From the NCBI GenBank assembly GCA_964019335.1, contig OZ025680.1:434001-498000 (forward strand): DNA of 64,000 nucleotides, written 5' to 3'. Below the pieces are notes generated by a model. It made no database searches and was not told the origin of the DNA. It worked only from the letters and a program-made list of their open reading frames with translations. Position 1 is the first letter of the stretch. Every line of letters begins with the position of its first letter. Position numbers and translations under genes: made by a program. The stretch comes from Diplonema japonicum (lineage: Eukaryota; Protista; Euglenozoa: Diplonemea). Positions 23,744 to 33,926 of the stretch are shown in pieces.

Positions 23744-25051
23744 ATGACCGACGCTGAGTACATTCAAACCCACAACATCGACCCCCTGTTCGAGGGTGCC
23801 ATTAAGGGGCTTGCGAGAGACAAACCTGACAACATCGGGAGATGGATGGCTGATTACTTGAAGGGTGAGAAGGAGGCGGGCCCCTCTGGGGGCAGTGTTG
23901 AGTGGCTTATGGCGAAAGATGTTTCCGAAAAGCTCGAGAAGGCAATCGCCGCCCTCGTGGCTGCCAAGCCTGCGTCTCCAAAGTCATGGCTTCAGGACTA
24001 CTTCAAGAATTGCGAAGGCTGCACAGGGTCCTGCTCCGAGGCACCCGTCGACATAGAAGACATGGCAAGAGCAAAGGTTTTCTGCAAAGGTCCCATCCCC
24101 ACTGCGGTTGAAGCAGGCAAAACTTACTTCTGGTGCTCCTGCGGCTACTCTCAAAACCAGCCCTTCTGCGACGGGACGCACCGCAGCATCAACGAGCAAT
24201 ATGGTACGAAGTTCGCCCCCAAGAAATTCGTTGCCAGCGCGACAGGTGAGGAGGACTTCTGTGGATGCAGGCGGTCTGAGGACCCCGTTATCTGCGATTA
24301 CTCGCACTTGGACCTCTCCGACGGTGAGGGTGGCAGAGAGCCTGTGGTGACATCATTCTCTGACTACACTGTGGTGGAGAACAAGATGTACAACCACGAC
24401 ACAGTGCTGCTGACAGTACAGAACAACGACAAGAAGGGTGAGGAGCTTGCCAAGTCGTACCATTTCTCGTTGCGCATTGGGGGCAAGGCACGCCCATACA
24501 CACCCACACACTATGACGCAGCGACAGGGACCGTGCAGCTCCTTGTTAAGGTGATCGAAGGAGGAGCTGTCTCGCCGAAGGTGAGGGACCTCAAAGTGGG
24601 TGAAACCGTTGAACTGAAGGGGCCGTCTCCTGGGGAGTACTACTGCGAAGGGCAGCACGATGTGGTGGTGTTGCTTGGAGGGGGGTCTGGTTTGACCCCG
24701 CTGCTCCAGGTGGCGCAGGAAGCAGTGGAAAAGAACAGAAGCATCGAACTGTATCTGCTGTACAGCAACAAGACTGCGAAGGACATGCTGTGGAGGACAG
24801 AGCTGCAGATGCTGAAGGACAAGCACCCTGGTGTGCTCAAGTCCGTGACGCATCACCTCACACGAGACAAGGACGCAGCCGGGGAAGGGGTCCATTGCGG
24901 GCGTGTCACTGCTGATGTTATCAAAAAAATTGTCCCACCTGCTTCGTCATCCCACTGCGCCATCCTATGCGGTACTCCAGAGTTCAACAAAGCCATGCAC
25001 GCTGCTTGCAAAACTGTAGGGTACACTAAATCTCAAATCGTCATTTGTTAG
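23744..25051 (+). CDS. Fusion protein: 2x Dpy-30/RIIa docking domain + 2x CDGSH [2Fe-2S] motif + cytochrome-b5-reductase-like FAD/NAD(P)H oxidoreductase
   Basis: EYIQTHNIDPLFEGAIKGLARDKPDNIGRWMADYL and a second similar repeat; CSCGYSQNQPFCDGTH and CGCRRSEDPVICDYSH; RPYTP, GAVS, GP.G, GGSGLTP, YSNKT..D, LCGTP. Confidence 0.88.
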   Translation: MTDAEYIQTHNIDPLFEGAIKGLARDKPDNIGRWMADYLKGEKEAGPSGGSVEWLMAKDVSEKLEKAIAALVAAKPASPKSWLQDYFKNCEGCTGSCSEAPVDIEDMARAKVFCKGPIPTAVEAGKTYFWCSCGYSQNQPFCDGTHRSINEQYGTKFAPKKFVASATGEEDFCGCRRSEDPVICDYSHLDLSDGEGGREPVVTSFSDYTVVENKMYNHDTVLLTVQNNDKKGEELAKSYHFSLRIGGKARPYTPTHYDAATGTVQLLVKVIEGGAVSPKVRDLKVGETVELKGPSPGEYYCEGQHDVVVLLGGGSGLTPLLQVAQEAVEKNRSIELYLLYSNKTAKDMLWRTELQMLKDKHPGVLKSVTHHLTRDKDAAGEGVHCGRVTADVIKKIVPPASSSHCAILCGTPEFNKAMHAACKTVGYTKSQIVIC

Positions 25052-25924
25052 AGTCACTTCTCGTACATTTGAAGCACATGTTCCACTTTTTTTTTTTTAA
25101 ATGTATTTTCCTGTTGTTTTGACAACCTTTCTGTGTTTTCTTTCTTTCTATTTGTGGCATGCCTTTTTTCTTTTTGTTTTACAAAAAAAAAAAGTTTTTT
25201 TTTTTTTTTACCTCCCTTCCCTCGTAGTCGCTCGTTATTTTCCTGTGAAGGCAGGTATGTGCAACATCCCCACGGGAAAGCATGGGTTTTTGGGCTGGGT
25301 ATGGGTTTGGCCACGCCTCTATTCTTCTGTTGCAAAGTTGTGTAAGACTACGGCTACCTAAAACCAGTGTATCTGGAAAGTGGCAGTTCATTGAGAAAAT
25401 TGTGTATTTTTGTGTGTGGTTATTGCCTTTTTATATGTGTTTTTTTTCTCTCTCTTAGTTTTCTTCATACGAAATCAGCTACTGTCGCAGACCCCCTGCG
25501 GATAAGAAGCAGGATACAAATAAAAAAAAAAAACTGTTCACCCCCCTTCGACGAGGACCAAACATTATTATATTTTTTTTCCCCTCTCCTCAAACTACAT
25601 TAGCAATTAAAAAAAAAACCTTCCTCCCTTTCCCCCCCCCTTCTTATTTTCCCCTTCGACTCCCTCCTTCGAGCATAAGTCCTTGGTGTCTAGATATTGG
25701 CATAGGTGGGATTCTTCCCCTTCTCTTTATTTTTATAAATAGCTTCTAGTGCGGGTTGAAGCAGTCTTTTTTAGCACGGACATTAACCCCACGGGATTCT
25801 TTTTGTTTTCTTTTTTCTTTTTTTGTTTTTTTTTTTTGTTTATTTACCAGTTTTTATTATTATCCACAAGAAAAACAAATACTAAAAAAAAGACAATATT
25901 TCACCCTTTAAAAAAAAAAAAGAA

Positions 25925-28900
25925 ATGGCCCTTGCACACGCGTACGACGTAGTAACCAGCGAACAGGCTTTTCACGACACCATCGCACTTCTCAACAATG
26001 CAGATGCAGTGGCCCTTGACCTGGAGGGCTACGATCTTGGGAGGATCGAGCAGGACGGCAGGGGGAAGATAGGCTTAATCCAAGTATGCGGTGCCTTCGG
26101 GTGCAAGTTAATCGACGTAGTCGCTCTAGAAAATGAAAATGTGGACATCATGAGCGAGGGTGGCGGCTTGAAAGGATTCCTGGAGAACCCCGACATAACG
26201 AAGTATATGTACGGCTGTCCCACCGATTGCGACGCCCTCCACGACCAGTACAATGTGAGGGTGAAGAATATCCTCGATTTGCAGCTCCTGTGCATTGTCA
26301 AGGAGAAGATGAAGAAACCTGTCAATTCCTTGAAATCCCTGGCCGCGTTCCTCAAGGAAAACAAGGTCAGCACCGACACAAAAGACCCAATCTCAGAAAG
26401 AATGAAGACAAGTGGATCTGCGTTCTGGGTAGAGCGACCCCTCCCCGACGATTGCTTGGCATATGCAGCAGCAGATGTGAAAACCTTGTGGGATCTCAAG
26501 AGAATTATCGGGAGTTACAAGGTGAAGCTGGGGAAGGCGTCAGAGAAGTACTCGCAGACGAGGATTGACGTGAAAAAAAACAGTGTGGTAAATGGGCCTT
26601 ATGTGCAGCATGGGTATCTCCCCTTGGGAGTGTGCAGCCCTCCTGTGAAGGGCACTGAGGAGTTCGAGGAGTGTACTTTCTGCACACGTCGTGTTCATGT
26701 TGCTTTTTTAAGTTCGAACAAGTGCTTTGTGTGCAAAGAGATCGACAGGAATACTGCTCCCTCCCAACACACTCGGGTTATCAAAGACGAGACACGCGAC
26801 TTCAACACAAAAGAGTCCCGCAAGGTGTTGGAGCGCATCACCTGTCTCCCCGAAGATGCCACCATTGAAGAGCTGCTGGGATCGAACTCAGTTTCCGGTG
26901 CCAGACCCCTCGATTTTTTGCGCGAAAAAATGAACGGGGAGAGGATTAAGATCAGCGATGAAAGGTTAGAGAACACCAATCTGAGTCCTGAAGAGAAGGA
27001 GAAGGCACGTAGGTCTCGGACTGTGCTTGATGAAAAATGGTACGTATACCAGCAGGGGGTCAATGAGGTTGCTGCTGTACAGAAGAAGCTGAAAGGCAAC
27101 ATGCTCAAAGTCTTTACCTTCGAGAAGCTAGACAATCTGATCAAACCACCGCAAGACAAAAATGGTTTTAAAGATGACCACAAACTCTTTCGCATCATCG
27201 AAGATTGGAACCCCACCATGTTAAAGTCTCGAGCAAAGCCTCTCGATGAGAAGCACGACTGCTCAAGTTTTGACAAGTTCTGCAAGATGCACTTGAGGCC
27301 AATCGTGACGAACTTCAAGCAGTCTCTGCAAGATGGGTTACAAAATCAAAATACACAAAGCTTTCAAGCCTGTCGTGTCCCGGAGGTAGACGTGCCTGAA
27401 AAATTTAAGGGAAAGGTTGTCATGAAGGGCACGCTTCCTGTGCTGGACTATTCCTTCACCAATGCCGTCGTTCTCCTCGCTGCAGGCGAGAAACACGTCC
27501 GTGATGACAACGAGTACCTTGCGATAGCCCGCGTACTGGACACCTCACTGTCAAAGCAGACTGTGGAACCCGTCATGTTTACTGTGTCCTTCTGCGGGAC
27601 AGCACCCACACGATGCGATTTGCAACGGTTCAGAGAGAATGTCACTGTCACCGCACTAGAGTCACTGACAACTCATATGCGCTCCTACGGTGCGTGCTAT
27701 TCAGGGTGTGCACCTGCTTTCGCATCTGAGTTCTCCTACAATCTTGACCAGCAGGACACCTCGGAAGAAAGCGACTGGGATGATGCGGCCTCTGAACGTG
27801 GAATGATCGAAGACAGTTCCAGTGGTAGTTCCAGTGACTTTGGCTTCAATTGGTTTGGTGGTGGCACTGTTATTGACGAACGTGAGAAACCCCCCCCCAC
27901 GCGGAGCGCATGCCCAGTTCTTCCGTCTCCGCACGAAGCGAACACAAAAGGTCTTGACAAGTCTCAAAAGGCAGCTGTCGACAACTACCTCACTAGTACG
28001 AGTAAAGTACACATCATCGAGGGGCCACCTGGGACTGGTAAGACAAAGACCCTCACCGGCATTGTGCTGAACACACCAAGGAGCAAGGATCACAAGATCC
28101 TGGTGACTGCACCTAGCAACGCGGCTGTGCAGGTAATAGCGAAGGCCTTGTTGCGTGAGGGTATAAATGACTTTATGCTCAACGGTGTAGCAGACGCGGT
28201 GCCCGACGAGCTGAAGGCACACTCACCGGACGTTGCATCGCGCGACGCCATTGCGTGGTGCCGCAAGGCATGGAAGAGCATCGAGGCAAAACGCATCGTG
28301 CCGGTGAATGACAAAAAGAGCATGCTTGATCTCAGCAAACTGCTGGAGGAGCTTTACGAAGAGTACTGTAAACAACGGAAGGTAGTGCTAGAAATCACGC
28401 ACTGCTCTGCGGAAAGCCTCCCCCTTCCCAAACCTCTTTCCTCTGGCACCAGCTTCGAGTGCGTCAAGCACTTCAGGGAGAACTTGTACGGGTGTATGTG
28501 CCGGCTTATCTCCGTGGATTTTGGCCAAGCCTTAGACGAGGCACCCATAGTGATGTCGACGCTGGTGTCTGCCGGGCGGCCTGGCATAATGAGGTTAGAA
28601 AAAACGGTGCGCTTGATGCTAGTGGACGAGGCCGCGCAGGCGCTGGAACAAGATCTAATGATCCCGTTCAGGCTACTACCAGCTTCCCTGATGTTGGTCG
28701 GCGATGTGAAGCAGTTGGGAGGCATCGGCAGTCAGGAGTTCACGGAGAAAGGGTACTGTGAATCAACAATGGAGAGGTTGCTAAAAAAGGGGGTAGCATC
28801 CTCCAAGCTGAGCACACAGTACAGAATGCATCCTGACATACAGCAGTTCCCCAGAGATTGCTTTTATAAAGGATACACCCTAGAAGCTGACAAGTCGGTG

Positions 28901-29404
28901 TTAAAGAGGGGGCTCTTGAAGGGTTTACCGCCTGTTTCCTTTCACGACTTGCCCACAGAGGAAGGGAAACTGAAACCGGAATCGAAGTCGTTTGTGAACC
29001 ACGGTGAGCTGCAGATGGTGATGGGGATGCTGTGCCATCTTGTGCCGAAACTCCGTCACACGAAAAAGACAGTGGGTGTCATCACCTTTTACAAAGACCA
29101 GGCGACACTGATTCGTGAACATTGTTTGAAGTCCGGGCTCAGCGACGTACGTGTCAACACTGTGGACTCTTTCCAAGGCGGCGAGCATGATGTCATTTTA
29201 CTGTCCTTTGTACGTTCCAACGAGAATCACGATGTAGGCTTCTTAGACGATGCGAGGAGACTCAACGTTGCCCTCACCCGTGCAAAGCAAGCCATGGTGG
29301 CGGTCGGCAACCTGAACACTCTGCAAAACTCCCGAAGCCCCTCCCTGTGCAGCTTCGCGGAAGATGTGATCAAGAGGAATCTGGTATTACATCACACGCA
29401 GTAG
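25925..29404 (+). CDS. DEDDy 3'-5' exonuclease (EXD1/Egalitarian-like) fused to a Upf1/DNA2/NAM7-like SF1 helicase
   Basis: ALDLEG, TDCDAL, WVERPL....LAYAAADV; CTFC..CFVC; GPPGTGKT, TAPSNAAV, VDEAAQ, VGDVKQL, QYRMHP, TVDSFQG.E, RRLNVALTRAK. Confidence 0.9.
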   Translation: MALAHAYDVVTSEQAFHDTIALLNNADAVALDLEGYDLGRIEQDGRGKIGLIQVCGAFGCKLIDVVALENENVDIMSEGGGLKGFLENPDITKYMYGCPTDCDALHDQYNVRVKNILDLQLLCIVKEKMKKPVNSLKSLAAFLKENKVSTDTKDPISERMKTSGSAFWVERPLPDDCLAYAAADVKTLWDLKRIIGSYKVKLGKASEKYSQTRIDVKKNSVVNGPYVQHGYLPLGVCSPPVKGTEEFEECTFCTRRVHVAFLSSNKCFVCKEIDRNTAPSQHTRVIKDETRDFNTKESRKVLERITCLPEDATIEELLGSNSVSGARPLDFLREKMNGERIKISDERLENTNLSPEEKEKARRSRTVLDEKWYVYQQGVNEVAAVQKKLKGNMLKVFTFEKLDNLIKPPQDKNGFKDDHKLFRIIEDWNPTMLKSRAKPLDEKHDCSSFDKFCKMHLRPIVTNFKQSLQDGLQNQNTQSFQACRVPEVDVPEKFKGKVVMKGTLPVLDYSFTNAVVLLAAGEKHVRDDNEYLAIARVLDTSLSKQTVEPVMFTVSFCGTAPTRCDLQRFRENVTVTALESLTTHMRSYGACYSGCAPAFASEFSYNLDQQDTSEESDWDDAASERGMIEDSSSGSSSDFGFNWFGGGTVIDEREKPPPTRSACPVLPSPHEANTKGLDKSQKAAVDNYLTSTSKVHIIEGPPGTGKTKTLTGIVLNTPRSKDHKILVTAPSNAAVQVIAKALLREGINDFMLNGVADAVPDELKAHSPDVASRDAIAWCRKAWKSIEAKRIVPVNDKKSMLDLSKLLEELYEEYCKQRKVVLEITHCSAESLPLPKPLSSGTSFECVKHFRENLYGCMCRLISVDFGQALDEAPIVMSTLVSAGRPGIMRLEKTVRLMLVDEAAQALEQDLMIPFRLLPASLMLVGDVKQLGGIGSQEFTEKGYCESTMERLLKKGVASSKLSTQYRMHPDIQQFPRDCFYKGYTLEADKSVLKRGLLKGLPPVSFHDLPTEEGKLKPESKSFVNHGELQMVMGMLCHLVPKLRHTKKTVGVITFYKDQATLIREHCLKSGLSDVRVNTVDSFQGGEHDVILLSFVRSNENHDVGFLDDARRLNVALTRAKQAMVAVGNLNTLQNSRSPSLCSFAEDVIKRNLVLHHTQ

Positions 29405-30209
29405 TGACGTTAAAGAAGTAAACAACTTTCTTTTGAAAACTTTTTTTTAATTGTCACCCCCCCCCCCCCACTTTTTACCACGTTTTTAAGGCATGTGCCC
29501 CCCCCCCCCCCCCCCCAGGGCTATGTTGGCAAGGAACCGCGTTTCCTTAAGTATCTGAAAATAATAAACAGCATTTTTTTCTTTTCATTTTTTTTCTAAG
29601 CCGCAGACTGGTGGCGCTCTGGAATTGTTCGAATTCGACCTTGAGGTACTACCTTACTACTTAATAAAAACATTATGATAGGGCCTATCCTCGTATCACT
29701 TGGGTAAACCGATTCCTTAGCACAATTTTCAGGCCTCGGTCGCTATGCGACTGGGGCTGCAACTACCCCTCCTTTTTTAAATGTCTCTTTTTTTAAGAAA
29801 ATGTCTTTTTTTTTTTTTTTTTTTTAATGTTGCAAACCCATTTTTTCTTTCTTTACCGGTTACTCAATTGGGTACATTTGTAGACGCAGCGTTGTCACCC
29901 TTTCTCACCGATTTTAAGTTAGATGTTCCCCTCCCCTCCCCTTCCCATCCCCTCCCTGCCTCGTCCATCCTAACCGGTTTTATTTCCTCCCTGTGAACCC
30001 ACAGGACTTTACCGCATGCTTCTCTCCCTACCCCCGTTTTCTTATTGCTCTTCCTTCCTTCGTTCCTCTTTTTTATTTTCTTTGTTTTTTTTTTAAACCT
30101 CTTTTTTTATCCGTACCGTTTTTTTTCAATTTTTTATTGGAAATCAATCACAGGGCTAACATGGACAAGTTCAAGTCGTTCATTCTAAAGACATCGTCCT
30201 GGGTAAAGT

Positions 30210-30665
30210 GAATGCAATACAGAAGCACCCAGATCCTGGTCCGCAACCAGCCACGTCGGCAAAGAGTTCAGTCTGGAACCCGATGGTGATGTGTGGAAAA
30301 AGATGTGTTGAAACAAGCCACGTCTGTAGAAATTGAGGTGATGGTTGAGAAGTGGCTCATCTATCCATAGACCAGACGGTGTTAAGAGTTAGGTGTGATT
30401 TCATCCTACAGCGCACAGGTAAAACTGATCAAAGTGAGCTGAACAACAGCTCACAGATAAGAAGTAACTCCTTCCAAGGCAGCGAGTGTGACGTGATCCT
30501 GCTGTCCTTCGTGGAAGGAGGAATTCAACTAGCAGGAAGAGGAGCAACGTCCCCTCACTCTGCCAGAAGACCCTAATGGTGGTAGGCACCTGTTGACACT
30601 TAGTAGAAGCCACTGTGACCTGGTCTGCTTGGACGGGATGTTAAAAGGAGGAACCTGGTTAGTTA
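30210..30665 (+). pseudogene. Decayed copy of the SF1 helicase C-terminus
   Basis: caatacagaagcacccagatc (QYR.HP, frameshifted), NSFQGSECDVILLSFV and a broken NVALTRA-like segment, collinear with ~28815-29390. Confidence 0.75.
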
Positions 30666-31049
30666 GTAGAGCAGGCGATATCGTCTATCCTTTTGCCCCC
30701 CCCCCCCCCTCCCATTCCCATTACACCGTACGGTAGCAACAATCGAGCGTTTCTTTCATCCGTCAACTTTCAGGGCTACGCATCCTCGAGTGCTCCAAAT
30801 GTCAGTCCCGCGAGAAGTGTGCAGAACTATGTATGCAGTGACTCCTGCATCCTCTGCTGGGTGATGCTGGTATGAGCGGCGATCGAACCTGGCACGCAAT
30901 AGTATTTACTGTAATAACCGTTCACCCGCCCAGAGCTCATCCAGTCCAACTATAGTTACAAACAGGGTTGAATAGTTAGCAAGTGTTTCCACACTCTGAT
31001 CTCTTGTCAGTGTCTTCATTTTGCACCGCGTTCAGCGGCCTCCTTAAAC

Positions 31050-32051
31050 ATGCAGGCGAAGATGTCCGGCTGGGGCTCGAACATCAAAGATGAGGCGTTG
31101 GGTGAGAAACGGAAGAAGGTGAAGCCTGGAGTGCCGAGGTTTAGTGTGTCGAAGAAGGTGCGCCCAAGGAAGGAGCTCTCCTCCTTGAACACCAACTCGC
31201 CGCCAAGGGAGAACAGAAAGGGAGCGGGTATTGTGGCACCCCCTTCGTTGCCGTCGCCATTGGCCCGTGTGCCCAGGGAAGCGAGCGTGGCGAGACAAGA
31301 TCCAGGGAAGGTGTTCAAGGAGAGAATGTCGTCGTGGGCCCCCTCGCTGCCCTTTCCTTTCGACATTGACATGGACGAGTACGACAGCAAAGGGTCGCAG
31401 AAGATGGTGGAGTTCAAAACAAGACGAAGCGGGGCAGCGATGGAGAAGTACCTTCAAACCGTCGACCAGTCGAAGAAAGCTGTTGAAGAACGAAGAAGGA
31501 CCCGCGAGAGGGAGCTGGAAGAGGCACGGGAACGGCTTGTGAAACGAGAAGTAGAAAGGATGAAGGAAGAACAGCTCCAGATGGAAGAACACATGCACCA
31601 GGAAGAATTCAGAGAGCAGCGGTTGTACAGGGCGTACGAAAGGGAGGCACAACGCGTGGCAGGGCTGGAGACGAAAAAGAAAACTGTCGCTGAAGAGGAC
31701 AAGTACCTCGACGACCTGTATGAGACACAGCTGGATACTCTGCGGAAAAGGGAACGTTCTATTGCAGAATTCGTGTCGCGCAGGTTCGATCGCGATGCGG
31801 CACACGCTGCCATCCAGGAGGAGACCCATGCACTCACTCTCTCCTTCACCGCCACGAAGGCACAGCTCCAGGAAGAGCATCACCGCAAGCACGTCACACA
31901 CACCACAACACTCCAGCAGGCGACGGAAGACACTGCCAAACAAGCAAACCTCCACCAAGCAATGGAGCTCGGCAGGCTCATGCGGCTAGCCGGTGTGAAG
32001 CGAGCAGACGAAGCACAACAGCTGGGGGTGCTCCCTCTGACAATGGGTTGA
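31050..32051 (+). CDS. Coiled-coil protein of unknown function
   Basis: 333-aa ORF with an E/R/K-rich heptad region. Confidence 0.7.
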   Translation: MQAKMSGWGSNIKDEALGEKRKKVKPGVPRFSVSKKVRPRKELSSLNTNSPPRENRKGAGIVAPPSLPSPLARVPREASVARQDPGKVFKERMSSWAPSLPFPFDIDMDEYDSKGSQKMVEFKTRRSGAAMEKYLQTVDQSKKAVEERRRTRERELEEARERLVKREVERMKEEQLQMEEHMHQEEFREQRLYRAYEREAQRVAGLETKKKTVAEEDKYLDDLYETQLDTLRKRERSIAEFVSRRFDRDAAHAAIQEETHALTLSFTATKAQLQEEHHRKHVTHTTTLQQATEDTAKQANLHQAMELGRLMRLAGVKRADEAQQLGVLPLTMG

Positions 32052-32196
32052 TTGTTGTACCAACAGCTTTTTCTATTTTGTTTATTGTACGGTTATCCTC
32101 TTTTTTTTGTTTTTAATTTGTACTTTGTATTTGTACTCTTCTGAAAAAAAAACTTTCATTTAATGTCATGCCCCGCTTCCTATCTCATACAGGACC

Positions 32197-32991
32197 ATGG
32201 CAAGTCGGCAGAACGGCTTGAAGGTCATCGAACTGAGCCGTGTGGAGGTGGACAACCTGAAGGACTGCGGGATATGTATTGACAGCTTTGCGATCGGCGA
32301 TAAGTCGTATCTGCTGCAGTGCTACCACGTGTACCATAAGGAATGTTTGGAGGAATGGTGGAACAGGGATTTCACATGCCCGTGCTGTAGAACGGACTGT
32401 GCACAGTCGGTGGGGGTGGGGGGTGAGGACGGAATGCGGAGGAGAAAAAGGAAGTTCATCGACTGGGAATGCGAACGCGTGGCGACACTACGCGGCAAAA
32501 AAATATCAGAATGGCGGGACTGCGACCTACGCATACGGATAGAGGAACTCTGCTCGGATTCGAAAGTAGTCGGAAAGCTGAGGACAACACAACGAGAAGA
32601 GCTCATCGAAATATTATTATTGTTAGACCCTGCTGCGGGTGTGAGGATCACAAGGCACGAAGCCCCGGCAGCACCACCAACTACAAGAGAAATGCTTTCT
32701 CGCTTAGCATCTGCTTTTGTACCCACAGACGGCATTACCGAAAAGGCAGACTTAATAGCACTTTACAGTAGGACATTTCTTGAAAATTGCAGCGATGACG
32801 AAGGGGAAGAACCGGAAGAAGACCTCCTCCAAGTTGAGGACACCCCAGATAACGCGCTCAATTTCACCCACCTCTCGACTCTGTCGCTAAAGGACCTCAA
32901 AGCAGTCGCTCTAGGGATGGATGTCGATCTGGCAGGCGTCCTGGAACGTGATGAGATCTACACCCTCATTCAGGATGCCTTCACCACGTAA
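32197..32991 (+). CDS. RING-H2 E3 ubiquitin ligase with SAP/HeH-like helical repeats
   Basis: CGIC...CYHVYHKECLEEW.....CPCC; C-terminal LSTLSLKDLKAVA...DVDLAGVLERDEI. Confidence 0.85.
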   Translation: MASRQNGLKVIELSRVEVDNLKDCGICIDSFAIGDKSYLLQCYHVYHKECLEEWWNRDFTCPCCRTDCAQSVGVGGEDGMRRRKRKFIDWECERVATLRGKKISEWRDCDLRIRIEELCSDSKVVGKLRTTQREELIEILLLLDPAAGVRITRHEAPAAPPTTREMLSRLASAFVPTDGITEKADLIALYSRTFLENCSDDEGEEPEEDLLQVEDTPDNALNFTHLSTLSLKDLKAVALGMDVDLAGVLERDEIYTLIQDAFTT

Positions 32992-33818
32992 AAACATCCG
33001 TAAACACATGCTGCGGTTAATTCAGATCTCAGCCTTTACTCCCCGTGGGTTCATATCGGTAAAGGTTATTCCTCGTTGGCAGTGAAAATAGAAGCTGCCC
33101 TCAAGTGGTATTTGTTTTTATATTTTGAGTTTTTTGAGTTGTCGGGCCCTCTTTTTTTTCTTTTTTTCCCCCCCTCGGTTCCTCGGCACTCCTTCGTCTG
33201 AACTATTTCTTTCCATTACCTCTTTTTTTCTCTCCGGTTTTAACAATTCTATTGTCGAGACTTTAAAAAAAGGGGGGGGGGGAAACAGCACAGTGAACGA
33301 AAAAAATAAAAAAAGGGGGGGGAGAAAAATGTAATTTTATTTTGGGTAACCTAACGCTCGTGCGCACAAATAAGTTGGAGCGCCAAACGAATAGAATTCT
33401 TTTCAAAACAGAAATCACAAGAAGGTCCAAAAAGAGGAAATATAGCAAAAAAAAAAAAAAAAAAAAAATCTAGCCTACTCCCTAAAGGAGGTTGTTTGAC
33501 TGCTTCTTTTTTTTGATTTTTTCTCTTCTTTGTATCAAGTAGAACGTACACCGCCACCATGCGTAGTCATCATGGAGTCACAGTGCCCACGGTCGGCTGC
33601 GATCGGTCGATTGGGGGGTTTGGATTCTTTGGATCGACCTGTCCCCTCCCCCATGTTTAGCATGCCAAAGCTGTATTCTTTTATCCTGCCCCACCCGACT
33701 CCGGGCCCATTTTTCAATGGCAGTCGGCCTATGACTCTTGATGACTGTGCCCCATGGTGGATATGTTTCTGTTTTCTTTCTTTTCTCTCTCTCTCTTCTT
33801 TCTTCCAGAGACGTCAGG

Positions 33819-33923
33819 ATGGCGGCCATGGCACAAGTCACTTTTTTCATGTTTTTCGGATTCTCTTTGACACTGTTGGTGATATCTTACTTAAAGTACA
33901 CACCACCAGGGGGTTGGCGGTAG
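33819..33923 (+). CDS. Candidate 34-aa single-TM microprotein or uORF
   Basis: First ATG after a long pyrimidine tract and AG (~33765-33817). Encodes MAAMAQVTFFMFFGFSLTLLVISYLKYTPPGGWR; the stop lies 3 nt before the sorting-nexin ATG. Confidence 0.4.
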   Translation: MAAMAQVTFFMFFGFSLTLLVISYLKYTPPGGWR

Positions 33924-33926
33924 AAC

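Noticed and set aside
29605-29645. tggcgctctgg...gttcgaattc resembling Pol III A/B boxes
   Set aside because: The boxes are too close together and there is no tRNA fold.
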